Shown here: positions 23,987 through 36,200 of the stretch, one piece after another
Numbering within the stretch: position 1 is the stretch's first letter
Layout: the number at the start of each line of letters is the position of its first letter
NCBI RefSeq assembly: GCF_003704095.1
Contig: NW_020846747.1
Location: forward strand, 372,001-436,000
Direction: 5' to 3'
DNA length: 64,000 bases
Origin: Pocillopora damicornis
Taxonomy: Eukaryota
The notes under the pieces: generated by a model
The model's input: the letters and a program-made list of their open reading frames with translations, nothing else
The model's database searches: none
What the model was told of the DNA's origin: nothing
Translations under genes and position numbers: made by a program

Positions 23987-24168
23987 GATTCAATGGTTTT
24001 CAGGGGACCGGAGGGAGGATCAGTCGGCGACTATAGCAAGTTTAATGCTTGTGGGATAGGATCATTAAACTACCACAGAGCCTAAGGGGGGTTCAGGTAA
24101 ATTTTGTTTTGACACAACCAAAATCCTCCAGCCCTTCCCCTTCGGAGATAAATAATGACCGATCCCTA
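23920..24168. mobile_element. MITE with taggRaccRgtcattattt TIRs and an internal poly-G run; related copy at ~59688-60000 (opposite orientation, poly-C)
   Basis: Left taggaaccagtcattatttt; right aaataatgaccgatcccta. Confidence 0.65.
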
Positions 24169-24243
24169 TGATCATAAAACGACCAAGAAAAGTTTGCGTT
24201 TTTGAAGTCGTTTCTCAAAACGGTAGTTTTTTTCACTCGCAGG

Positions 24244-27200
24244 TTACGACTCGTTGTATTTTTGCATCCAGAGCCGAAAGAGTTTCTTGGTCTTGTACAT
24301 TTGCCATCCTTTGAGCAAGCGACGGCGCACGAGCGTGAGCTGGTACCAAGCCATAAAAACCTATTAGGTGAAAAACAGTACATAAGTGACCTGCTTTTCT
24401 ACTTGAAGCAAAAACATTACGAACATGGTAGACATTCTTAGGTACTTTAAATGAGATGTTATTATGTTAAGGAATAATTTCTATTTTTCTTAAGCTCCTG
24501 AATCTCGAACTTGGACCGAGTCTTGACAATCTATTGCTGTTATTCTAGCCAGGATATCTCGGCTCCTAAGATATCTGGAACCCCCGGAAAGCTCTTCATA
24601 CGTCTAGTATCTGTTGCGCCCCCCTACCCCCACCCCGTATCTTGGGTCCCTCGACGGGCATTTCGAACTTCCCTGTATTCTAAATTCTCGACATCTCGGT
24701 CGCCCGGTTATCCCTAGCCCCCTGGAAGCACAATTTTTTCTCTTTCTCTTTCCCATTTACAAATCAAGTTCCCCACCTCTTTTGAAACCTCAGTACCAAT
24801 ACGAATACCAACACCAATAATTTTCTCTTAGCCCTATGAGATTGAAGATGACGCCTCCTCTTACCTCAGATAGCTGCTTTTTGTCTTCATGCTTCATCAT
24901 CATTTCCGACACTCTTTTCCTTATCAACTGGTGACGCCATTTCGTCCAAAACTTTTCAAATACACGGCGATCAACCTAAAAATAAATAAATAAATAAAAA
25001 TGATCAGATACTGAAAAACGACATGAATAGTATGCACTCTCCAGAGACGAACGAAAATATTGGAATTCAAGTTGTTCCTTCTTGCGTCTCCTAAGATTAA
25101 AGGTCTTCAGTGACAACTAGTACAATCCAAGTATGCGTCCCCTCAACTCTGCGACGCTTAGTGCAATACAGTTTCTGAGTCTCACCATTTCAGTGGCGAT
25201 CGAGTTCAAGTCAATTCTCTTCTTCCACATCATGAAGTGCTTCGCTACAATGCGTTCTTCCTTCTTTCTGCTGTGTATCTCAAGTTTTGTGTCATGAAAC
25301 CAGGCGCGGAAACACATTTTGCTGAAAGGAACAAATGACAGTGTGAGAAATGAATCAGCCTTTGTTCACAGACAAATGATCCAACATGCGAAACGAAGGG
25401 AAACGCAAATTTTCCACCTATTACCGCAAACTAAGGCTTTTTGGAACACCCGGGAACCGTACGTCAGTTTACGTCACCCAGTAGAGATGGAGGTAACTCA
25501 GAGCGTTAGGTTGCAATCTTGGTAAAAAGACACGCGTGTCCTTTCTGAATAGAATACACAAGTCCAGCGAATGTTAAGGTATAGAGAAACTTGTGAATAT
25601 TGACCAAGAACACTAAACAATAGCCGCGGCCAGGGCTCAAGTCTGTACACCTGACCTTATGGAATAAACCCAACTATCGCAGACTCCCTCTTGGACAAGA
25701 AAGATGGACCTTGGACCTCTCCCGCTAAGGAGAGCTGACCTGTTTTTTCGTTTGATTATAGTTATTACCTCAACCTTTTCTGGTAATGTTCGTCAGCGAT
25801 TTCCTCTTGTTGCTGCAACGAAATAAATTCACATGATTTGGAAGCCGATTTGGAACCAAATGTGACGCTGTTTAAAGTAACTCTAATCGAAAACCACGTG
25901 AAAGGCTGATGTTGTAAACGCCTCATATTTTCACTCTAAACGTACTTAACTAACCAAGTGCGGGGTGCGAAATGTACGTTGTGACTGATAAATGGGGAAA
26001 ACGAACATCCGTAACTTAAAAAACCGACTGAGAAAACAAGATTAGTAAAATATTTATTTTTTCACCACTATCACCCGACGGGTAGATTGAACAATCAGAA
26101 GGCGAAAACAATGCTGCCGAAAATGTAGGGTTTCAGTGTAGAATTACCTTAGCTTTTTCTTTTTCTGCCTGCTTCAGTTCTGTCTTTGCCTTCCAGTCGG
26201 CAAAAAACTGTACCAAATAAAATACAGAAAAAGAACTGTGGTCAGTGCAATTGGAACAAAAGACGATTCTATCAGTAGGTCAGGTAAGGTAATATAACGG
26301 GACATCACAATTAACAACGCATCTCGACTGAACGTCGAAGACCAAAGTTATCACAACAGCCAATCAGAGCGAAGGAAAATGTTACAAGGAGCCAATGAGA
26401 ACTCAGAGTGAAAACAAGCAAACTGCCCAAAGCGCGGGAAAACGCGGGTGACCAAGTCGTGATTGTTTTTAGTTTTGCATTTGATTGGTTGAGAGGGTGT
26501 CACGAGTTTTCTGGACCAATCACAGGGCGAAGTAAAGCAAAACCACTGCAATTCGACATTGACAGCTGAAGGTTGCTGTATAGACTGTAACAAATCCATA
26601 CCTTAGAAGTGACTGTCTTGTTACAATGTTTCTCTGCGCGGCTCTTCAGTGTAAATTTTTTCCATTCCTGCATACAGCCCCGTTTCACTCGTCTGTTGTG
26701 ATGAATCATCTGTCCGTCTGTCAGCTCCTTGTGCTTGCGGGCGACTTTAAGCGCCTCGTGCCAATCATAGAACAGGCGAGAAACCTGGAAAAAGTTTAAT
26801 AACAGAGAAAAATAATATAATTGTGCTGCAAAAGGCCTACCCTTCTTTAGAGGAATTTGGAAATAGCGTTTTCATGCTGGAAGCGGAGAAAACAAGTTTC
26901 TGGCGTTTTCGAAAAGCTTCCCATTCACAATAAAAGACGGGGTCAACGTTTCCAAATTAATACATGAAGTAGAGCGTTTACCAAAACTAAGCTTGTAGAC
27001 AGTTTATGCGGATGAGTGTCAACGGTTGGTCTACTTGTAGGAATGAAGTTTCGTTTTCAAATTTCTTCGCCTCGGTGAATACAAGGCTTCAGTTCAAGTG
27101 CCCACAAAGGTTACTGTCGCACTTATCCCAAGAACGTTTTTCTTCCGATCGTATTTGCTGTTCTTCCACAACAGGACAAAATTAGGCAACATCTCGGTTG

Positions 27201-30200
27201 AAACTGAACTAACTATTATTGGCTAGGAAATTGTTTACTACCCATAATCAGTTTCAGGATGTTTTTGAGAACTCTTGCGGCGTCAACGCAAAGTTGTATT
27301 TTTTTTTCAGAAAGAAAGAGGCGCTTCGGAAATCGTCGTAACAAACCTTTTTATTCATTGTCTGGTCTCGAAAAGAATTAATTTTCTTCCGTTCATTTAT
27401 CTTCTTTCTTGAAAATTGGTGCCATTCTGCCAGTGATCTGCAAATCAAACACACAATTTGTTTAATTAAAGCGTTGTTCAACAGTTGAAGCGTGTTGTAC
27501 AACATGATGCCTTACGCATCGCTAACATTTGAAGTTCGTTCGTTATTCTATCGCCTCGGACTGAAAATTGTCTGTTTTGTCTTTGGACCAAGTTTGAATC
27601 TAGGTACGTGAGTGGAGTAGCAGTAAAAACGCAATTTTTAGTCGTCACAAACCTCTTCAATACTGTGCGGTTGTGCAAATCCTTTGCTTGTTGCATCTGC
27701 CGCGTTTTTTCCGTCCACTGCACAAAGTATAAATGTACCAAACGTCGGCCGTGTTTTGTCTGAAGATCGTTCGCCATCTCCGCTTGTTTCTTCACCTCTG
27801 TGAACGGAAAACTCGCAATCAGTACAGCGGCTAAAAAAAGTAATTTTCAACTGAATGTCGCAAAACGAAAACCAAAGTAAAGAAAAATTTAAAACAGAAA
27901 CCAGCCAAAATTCATGATAAAACTAGCAAACTGCCCGAAGGACAGAAATACGTGAGAAATCAAGTCACTATTGTTTTTAAAACAGTTTTAATTGAGTGTC
28001 GAAAAATAAAAACCAGTATAGTCCCAACGACTACTAACATCATGATTACCCAATGATAAACTCAAAGTAAAAACAGGCAACCTGCTTAAAGCGCGGGAAA
28101 ACGCAAGTGACCATGTTGGGATTAATTTTAGTTTTCCATTTGATTGGATGAAATGGTGGCGCCAGTTTTATGGACCAATCACAGAGCGAAGTAAAGCAAA
28201 ACAAAAGCAAACTTGGATTACTTGCGACACTCGATTGGTTGAGAGAGAAGGCGCGCGTTTTCTTGACCAATCACAGCAGTGAAATAAGAAAGACGAAATC
28301 ACAGAAAACGTGCGACACTTAACAAAAAATTGCTTTAGGATGACCAATAAACACCGTTTACTCACTAATCGTCCATTGTTTCCAGTGTCGACCAGCTTCT
28401 CGGGTTTTTCTGATAAGCATTTTCTGCAAGTTGTAAGGTCAAAAAGACATATCAGCAACTCTCTCTCGTACATTGAGACCGAGAAAAACTGCCATTGCAA
28501 ATGTGCTTTGGTATCAGTGACAAAGCACAGGTCGAACGATCTCTCTCTCTGGACAGTGAGCCATGTTTTCCACATAATCTCTCACCCTTCAACCACAACT
28601 TTCAGATATGTAATTTTACATCCAGCAAAGCTCCCAAAGAAAAAGCGAGACGACAAAAAAACTTTCCCGCTCCAATCTTTTTCTTCTGCTTTCCTTACAC
28701 ATTTGAGACATTTACCTCTTGAAGTTTTTCAGAGCCCTTCTTGGTGTACAACGCAAGCCACCATCTTGTGAAACACTGACGGAAAAAAGAAAGGCATAAC
28801 TGTGATTAAAAACACTTCTATTTAAAAATATCATTAAAAAAAATAACAACATTTGGTATTTAATGTTTTAAACCTCAGTTTACAGTACTGTGTTTGAGCG
28901 ATGTACGGCTAAGGCCATAAACATTTTACAAAATTCAATATTAATTCCACAATTTTTCCAAATCACTATTTTCATTTTCTAAGCTGAAGGTCAAGATTAA
29001 GATTACACGACCAGCTGTAAACCGGCAGATGTCGAGGATTTAACTCTCGAACTTCCAAAAATGATGAATATGTAACTTCTCCCTATAATATCTATACATT
29101 AAACACCTAACAGGTAATGAGAGTACTCAAACTTATCAGGCAGAGGTTGTTATCTTGATCTAACGCCAAATTATTATAACTAATTTAGAAGAAAATGTGT
29201 AGCAGTTTTAGGGCAGAACAAACAATCAGATCTTGGGAAAAATTTCCAACCGCATCAATAAACTGCTTCGACATAGGTACTTTACGTAAATTGATTCACT
29301 CAGTCATTAAGCAACCGTTAACACTTATAACTAATTCCAAAATAAGTTCATTTTGTTCAAAACTTAAGCTTTTCCTTATTTTGTATAGTTTTCTAAGCCT
29401 TTGAAATTAGTGTCGCATTATTGTGGATGAACTAAGCCACATTTCAACTTTGTAAACTGACCTTGTGTACGATTTTTTTCTCGTAAGATTTTTCCGCTTT
29501 ACACCGCAGCATGAATTTCACCCACTTTACAAGACAATAGTGAAGTAACTCTGACTCTTTTCTCTGAAGATGCTCCTCTAAGACCTCCAGGTTTCTCATA
29601 TTGCGTTGGAATCTTTCTCTCCAAGTCTTGAAGGACTTAGATACCTAGAAGCGAAAAATAAAATGACGAAAATAAATTAATAAAAAAAAAGTCTTTACAT
29701 TTGAACTTGAGGTCGCGAAAACTGTCGTACTTTCTTACACTTATGGTACACATAAATTTATCTTCTCGCAGTCAAAATCCAATAAAATGCTTTGTTTTCA
29801 TCGCAATTAAACCTTCATTGATAAGTCGTTCGATAATAAAGTGCTAATCACTGAGTCCTAACAACACTAAGGAACTAATACAACAGAATAATGCGTGAAA
29901 AACGATAATTGAATAACAGTTTTTGGTTGTAAAAAATAAAGTTTAATCACGATGAAATAGCAACGTTTTTCCCGCAAGTGAAACCTTCCGAGCGGTATTC
30001 ACGAGTCCGAATATAACTGACCACGAAGAAACTTCGGAAGGTACTCGTTACCTCCGAAGCAGCTATTAAGATCGACGAGAAATTATCAAATGCATTCGCG
30101 ATTATCTCAGCACGGTGTTACACTTACCAATTCTTCTTCCTTGTTTTGCAGTATTTCCTGTAAGATTTTTCGTTTCTCGACTCGTGATTGCACATACTGA

Positions 30201-33200
30201 TGCAATCCGAGCAAAGTTCTATTGAAAGAAAAGAATCACATTCTTTAGCAAAAATACATTCAACTCCATCTGCTCAACACAAGTAAAGGAAATCTTTCAT
30301 GCTCTCTCAACTCCAAATTCCCATCAGTCAGCTTTAAGGTAAAGTCTGTTCTCGTAACAACTGGCCCATCCAACCGGAGCTTATTCCGGTTCCCTTAGGA
30401 TGAAAAGACAAGGAGAATTACGTTGCAAGGTTAGATGGATCTTTCCTGCAACAAAATCAGTTTCACTTTGAAAACTGAATGAGAAGCACTATTCCTCACG
30501 CGATGCTAAGCATTAAGCTACCGCGTCTTCCACTAAATTCCCATCAGTACCTTCTGATCATCTTTCCACTCGCATGACTCTTTGCTTTTTGTACTTTATG
30601 AGCTTCCTGCACCCAGTTATCAAACATACGCCGTAACAACTTCTTCTCCGACCCTTCGGCGATGTGCATGGCTCTGTTGTTCAATACTTTAGCTTCTGTA
30701 AGAAAAGAAAAAAGAAAGCGACTAAAGCTTTGCCCACACGTAACCTATATGTTTTAAAATGCAGATTTGTTGACGACTTTAGCTGGCAGGCACGTTAAGG
30801 ATCATTTTCGTAAACAGCTTCTAAAGTGGGTAAGCTTGAAAAAGCGTCAAGTGAAGTTTGCATGTCATGTATCATGTGTGATGTGTGATAAATTTTGTGT
30901 GATTTGTGATAAGTTTTGTGTGATTTGTGATAAGTTTTGTGTGATGTGTGATGAGTTTTGTGTGTGTATGGTGGCTTTGCGTTTTGTAGAATGTGTCATT
31001 TTCGTAAACAGCTTATAAAGTGGTTCAGCTTGGAAAAGCATAGTTTATTCTTTGACAAAGAGACGATAAACCTAACATACCGAATGATTCTCACACTTAT
31101 TGTTCTAAACAAAAAACTACCTGGAGTTAAATTTATCCGAATATGGTGTACTTTTAGCGGGGCTGTGCTCTAGTAGAGCCTGGCTACTACGGGAGACAAA
31201 CGTTAGTCTTTGGGCGGAAAGTTTACCAGTAACCCAATTATATTTTTCTTGTTCGCGTCCAAACTGTCGAGCGGTGGCCATCATTGAATACATTTACATA
31301 CAAACATTTCCCCGTACCTTCTGTAATACTTTTCCAACTGTGGATAAGACGGCGTGTCTATAAAAGAAAAAATAAAATTACAGCCTAATAAAAGTGTTTA
31401 TATTTGAAAAGAATGGGAAAGTTCTTGTTTGGCACTTGTAAAAACTTCAATTGCAACACATTACAATCACTCTGACGAAAGGCTAACGCTCTGACTAAAT
31501 ATCAGCTTTAGAAACTCTTTACGGTGGGCAATTTACATTATAACTCTGTTGATGAAACCAAGTTGTTGAATATCCCCTACCAATGTAGCAATTATTTAAT
31601 TAGGAACTTACCCCTTTATTCATTTATGTTTATTTCTTCCACACTACGAAATTTCTGTGCCATATTTTGTTCAAAATTTAAGCAGAATTGTTATCAGTTA
31701 AATCATTTACATCCATTCAATGCGATTCAATGCTCTTTTTCGTCTTGCCGCTGTTATGTAGCTTCACTGATCTGACCGCCGTTGGCTTCTCAGGAAATAC
31801 AACTTAACACTCCTTTTTTATCCATTTTTAGTTACTTTCAGAGCCATGAAAAATACAAAGAACGTAACTCACGGTTTTTCGGGACGTGTATTCGTCGTAC
31901 CAACACAGGAACATCTGAGAGATAATGTGCATACAAAAGTTCACCAACACGAGAGTTGAAATCGAAATTCTGAGAAAAAAGTAATGTAAAACATGCGCCA
32001 CAAACGGTGTAACGCGAGGGAATAATTTTAAGCTTCTCAATGTAAGGAAGCAACTCAGAACAACTTGACTTTTCGTTCCCGACGATTCCGAAAAATAACG
32101 TTAAAACGAAGATTTAAACATGGAGAAATTTTGGGCAAAACATGCCATGGGAAAGTTGTGTTTTAAACATAAAAGAGAAGCCTTAAAAGAATTATTTAAC
32201 CACCTACCAAGCACTCTAAGGAGTGAATCGCAATTCTAACCCGAGGCAGCTAAATATACAGGCAGCTAATGACGATGATTAAATCAAATTGTGTTGCGTC
32301 AAAATTAATTATAACACTAACTTAAGCTACTCCAAATAAATCATTTATCGACAGTCTAGCCACGGGTAACAAAAAAAAAATCCGTCAATTTGAAGCTTAA
32401 TAAACGATAGCTGTGACAGAAAGAAAAAGAGAGCGAAATTTACTGCCAAAGTGTAACAGAGAGAAGCAGTTTGTATTCAGCTTGGACGAACGAGAGTAAA
32501 CAAATTTAGGAGGATTAATTAAATTTTCTGGACGCGTGAAATAATTCTTATTAAAACTAGCAAAAGTCACTCTCACTAATTAATTACGATGCACAAGATA
32601 AATTTCATGTTTGACTTTTCGCTTTCAAATCATTATTACTGAGTGTTTCTCGCTGATTAAAACTCGCGGAATATTCACTTTTTGAAGTAAATTAATTTGG
32701 TTAAAAAAAAAAAAAAACTTGTGAAAACGTCAAAATTACGCAAATCCTGGAGCTGAAAAATTATAACTTTCAAAACATAAAAGATTTTAGAGACAAAGTT
32801 ATTTGCTTACGACAGTGGTATAGGGAGGCACTTTGGTACACACAGTCAGACAAGAGTATTTTGAACCACGTGGTACATATGGCCGGATTGGCATCCAAGA
32901 TGATTGGTTCATTAGTACCACGTGGTTTAAAATATTCTTCCCCTATTGTCTGTGCTCCACCGTGCCCTCGTATACTTCAATCGATGTGGGTTTTTGAAAG
33001 GCCGGTGGACATCTATATCGCTTTTCAAGCTACCGTTCATACCTGTTTTTGCAACGCCATGATGTAGAACTTGTCTGCTCGGATTTCCAGCGTGTAATTC
33101 CTCCAATCCTCGAAACATTCCCGAAGTGCATTGTGATCACGCTGTTGATTGTGCGCCCGCGATAACTCTGAGTGGGCCAGAAGTTGTTGCCAGAAACGGA

Positions 33201-36200
33201 AGCTTCGAGCAAGCTGAGAAACCATGGGAAATAACATAGAATGTCAGAATTCAAAGAGTTACTCAGCCTGTCGACTGATCAATCAGTTGGCGAGTCAGTC
33301 AGTTGGTCAGTCAAAATGTCAGAGTCAATCATTCATTACGCTACTTCGAAAACACCATAGCACAATCACGCAAGCTTGGCCTTATATAGGCATAGCGATT
33401 CAAATCCCAGTTGTCAGAGTGGTACATCAGAATTCGGCGTACAAACATGCCTAAAAGCTACATGCTAGCATTCCGTACGGCTGATAAATCCTGAAAAGAA
33501 TCAGGAATACTAGCGATAGGGAATGGGAAGTAAGTCATTGAAATTTTAACTCGCAGAACCTAGTCGGTCGATCAGTCAGTACGTCAATCAGTCAATCAGT
33601 CTGTCCGTAGGTCAGTCGGTCAGTCAGTTAGTCATTCAGTCAGGCAGAGGGTCGACTGGATTGGTCAATCAGTCAGTTGGTCGGAAACCAGCCAGCCTGC
33701 CAGACATTCCGTCAAATAACCAATCAATAATTCACTGATTCGATCAATAGATTTATCAATCAATCAGTTATATCTGGCAGTCACTCATTCAAAGTGAGCG
33801 TAATCTTGTGACACAAAGCAAACTGATCTTTTCTAGGAATAGCGTCATTTACCAAGTTTGCGCCAACGTTTTTCTTGAACTCTTGCATCGCTCGTTTGTT
33901 TCTTGTCCTTTCCAGAGCCACATCCCTCCATCCGACAAACACACTGTAAATACAACCGCAAACCATCAGTACTAACTTGAGGAAATTACCCTACAGCTGT
34001 TTAGGATAAGTTTAGAATTACCTTCTGACTAAAACGGCTTAATAAAAAAACACATCTACGTTTAACTTAATATTAACAAATGCTTTACTGTAATTGATGA
34101 CAGTGCTTTAAGAAACATGATATTTCACTAAAGCCAGCCCTTGAATACACGCAGTATCAGAAATTCTAAAAATTTGACAAACGCCAAGCGTTTTATCAAG
34201 AAAATACAGTAATTTTTGCCTACCATTTCAATATATGTAATTCGTGTGTTCTCTTGGCTATCTGAAGCTGTTGAGCGCCTGTCAACCAGTTGATAAAAAT
34301 CTCTCTTGTGATTTTCAATTCCACAGAGCGACGAAAAAGACGAGATTGTTTCCTCCGCGTGTTCATACCTAACAAGCAGCAAAAAGAAAAGAAATTAAAC
34401 TGCCCTACGTGCGTTTATCAGAGTAACGAATTAGTAACACACAGTTTTAAATCTCTTCAGATTCTGCAACAGACTCACGAGCTGTTTAAACTGTAGAGTT
34501 TATAAGTTCGATTCTATAGCCCGTCAGTATCCGATCGACAATCGAAAGGGTTTTTAAAGCACTTGAGACCCAAAGAAGGTACCTACCATTCGCCCAGTTG
34601 TGCCATACTCGAAGAATTTCTAACAGCCGATCAGCTTCCTTAATCTGCGAGTACAAAACATTAAGATTACGTCAACATTTGTCATGTTTCTGTCTTTCTT
34701 GCATAGGCATTCCGTTATTTATTCAAATCATTAAAACCAAGAAATGCGTTGTTGCACTGACCTCGATAAACTCGTCAACAAGACTGATGGCCTGGAATCG
34801 GGCCTGCCACTCCCTGAATGCCTGCAAGAGAGAACTGGTGGTTACAGATGGCGTGAAGAACAGGCTGAATAATTGTGATTCCTACGACTGAACTTATCTC
34901 TTGCCGTAACGCAGTAGATGGACGTGGTTTCCTCAAATTCGAACTCAAGTGTCAAATCAAACATCTACCAATAGTATTAACACATAATGCAACGTATCAC
35001 ACATCACATTTAACGCTTGAAGCATCGCAAATAAGACATCATACATTTAACAGCAAAACGATTAAAAAATCCTGCATCACAAATCACTCAACAGATTACA
35101 CATCACATACAACGCATCACACAACACATTTATGACATGTCAAACATTTCACAGCACACCCATTACAAATCATGGATCACGCATAAAACAGCACATCGCA
35201 CATCACAAATTACACATCACACTGAAGCACTCTTTTTACCATGGTCAAGAGCCTTCTTTCTCCAAACAGTACCACTTTCTTCCTATTAGAAACACGAGTA
35301 GAGGCAAGGACATGCCAAGCCTTAAAACACCTGTAAGAAAAAAAGAGACAGTTAACACTCATGCCACCACTTTCAGAAAGTACTAGCTTCTATAAACTTT
35401 TCCCATTATAGAAAGGTTCAGCTTACTTTGGTAGAAGTCTGTCTGTGTATAGTCGCATGGCGTCTTGACTCTTTCTTGTCATCTGCACCCAATAAGTGAA
35501 AGTCTGCCGCACAAATCTGTCGTTCTGCTTCTTCTGAATGACCTGAGTGAAGCCTTTGTCTTTCTCGGTCACTATAAATGAAGAAGAAAGGGAAAGACTT
35601 TGTAAGATATTTGTCCCACGCCCTAAACAAAGGTTTCAACATCTTCATCTCTTTGTTCGACATTGCTGATGCAAGCAATATGTAGCAACACAGTGGTCAA
35701 ACAGCTGAGCATAAGGGAACTTGGTGATGTGCTTTCAGGCTGTCAGGACCAAGCTGTCTCACACGAGTTACAAACAACCACAGAAACTAGTAAGTCACAG
35801 TGTTTTAAACGCATATAACTTTTTTGGCAAAGCTCAGAACAGAATGGTAAATCAACAGGATATTCTTTTTATCATCACCTTAAGAAATAAATAGAAAACA
35901 CTTTAGAGAATGTGCAAACTGATGTTAAGTGTGTAAGGAGGTTAACGATCTGCAAAACCTGGAACTCTGCTCAGCACTTACCAATAGCCTTCTTCTGCCA
36001 CTGTCCGATTAGCTCTTGTAGCTTCTTCTTAGCGGNNNNNNNNNNNNNNNNNNNNNNNNNNNNNNNNNNNNNNNNNNNNNNNNNNNNNNNNNNNNNNNNN
36101 NNNNNNNNNNNNNNNNNNNNNNNNNNNNNNNNNNNNNNNNNNNNNNNNNNNNNNNNNNNNNNNNNNNNNNNNNNNNNNNNNNNNNNNNNNNACAGAAGAG

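Noticed and set aside
30767-31018. ORF with repeated CDKFCVI motifs resembling a metal-binding protein
   Set aside because: Translation of a minisatellite.
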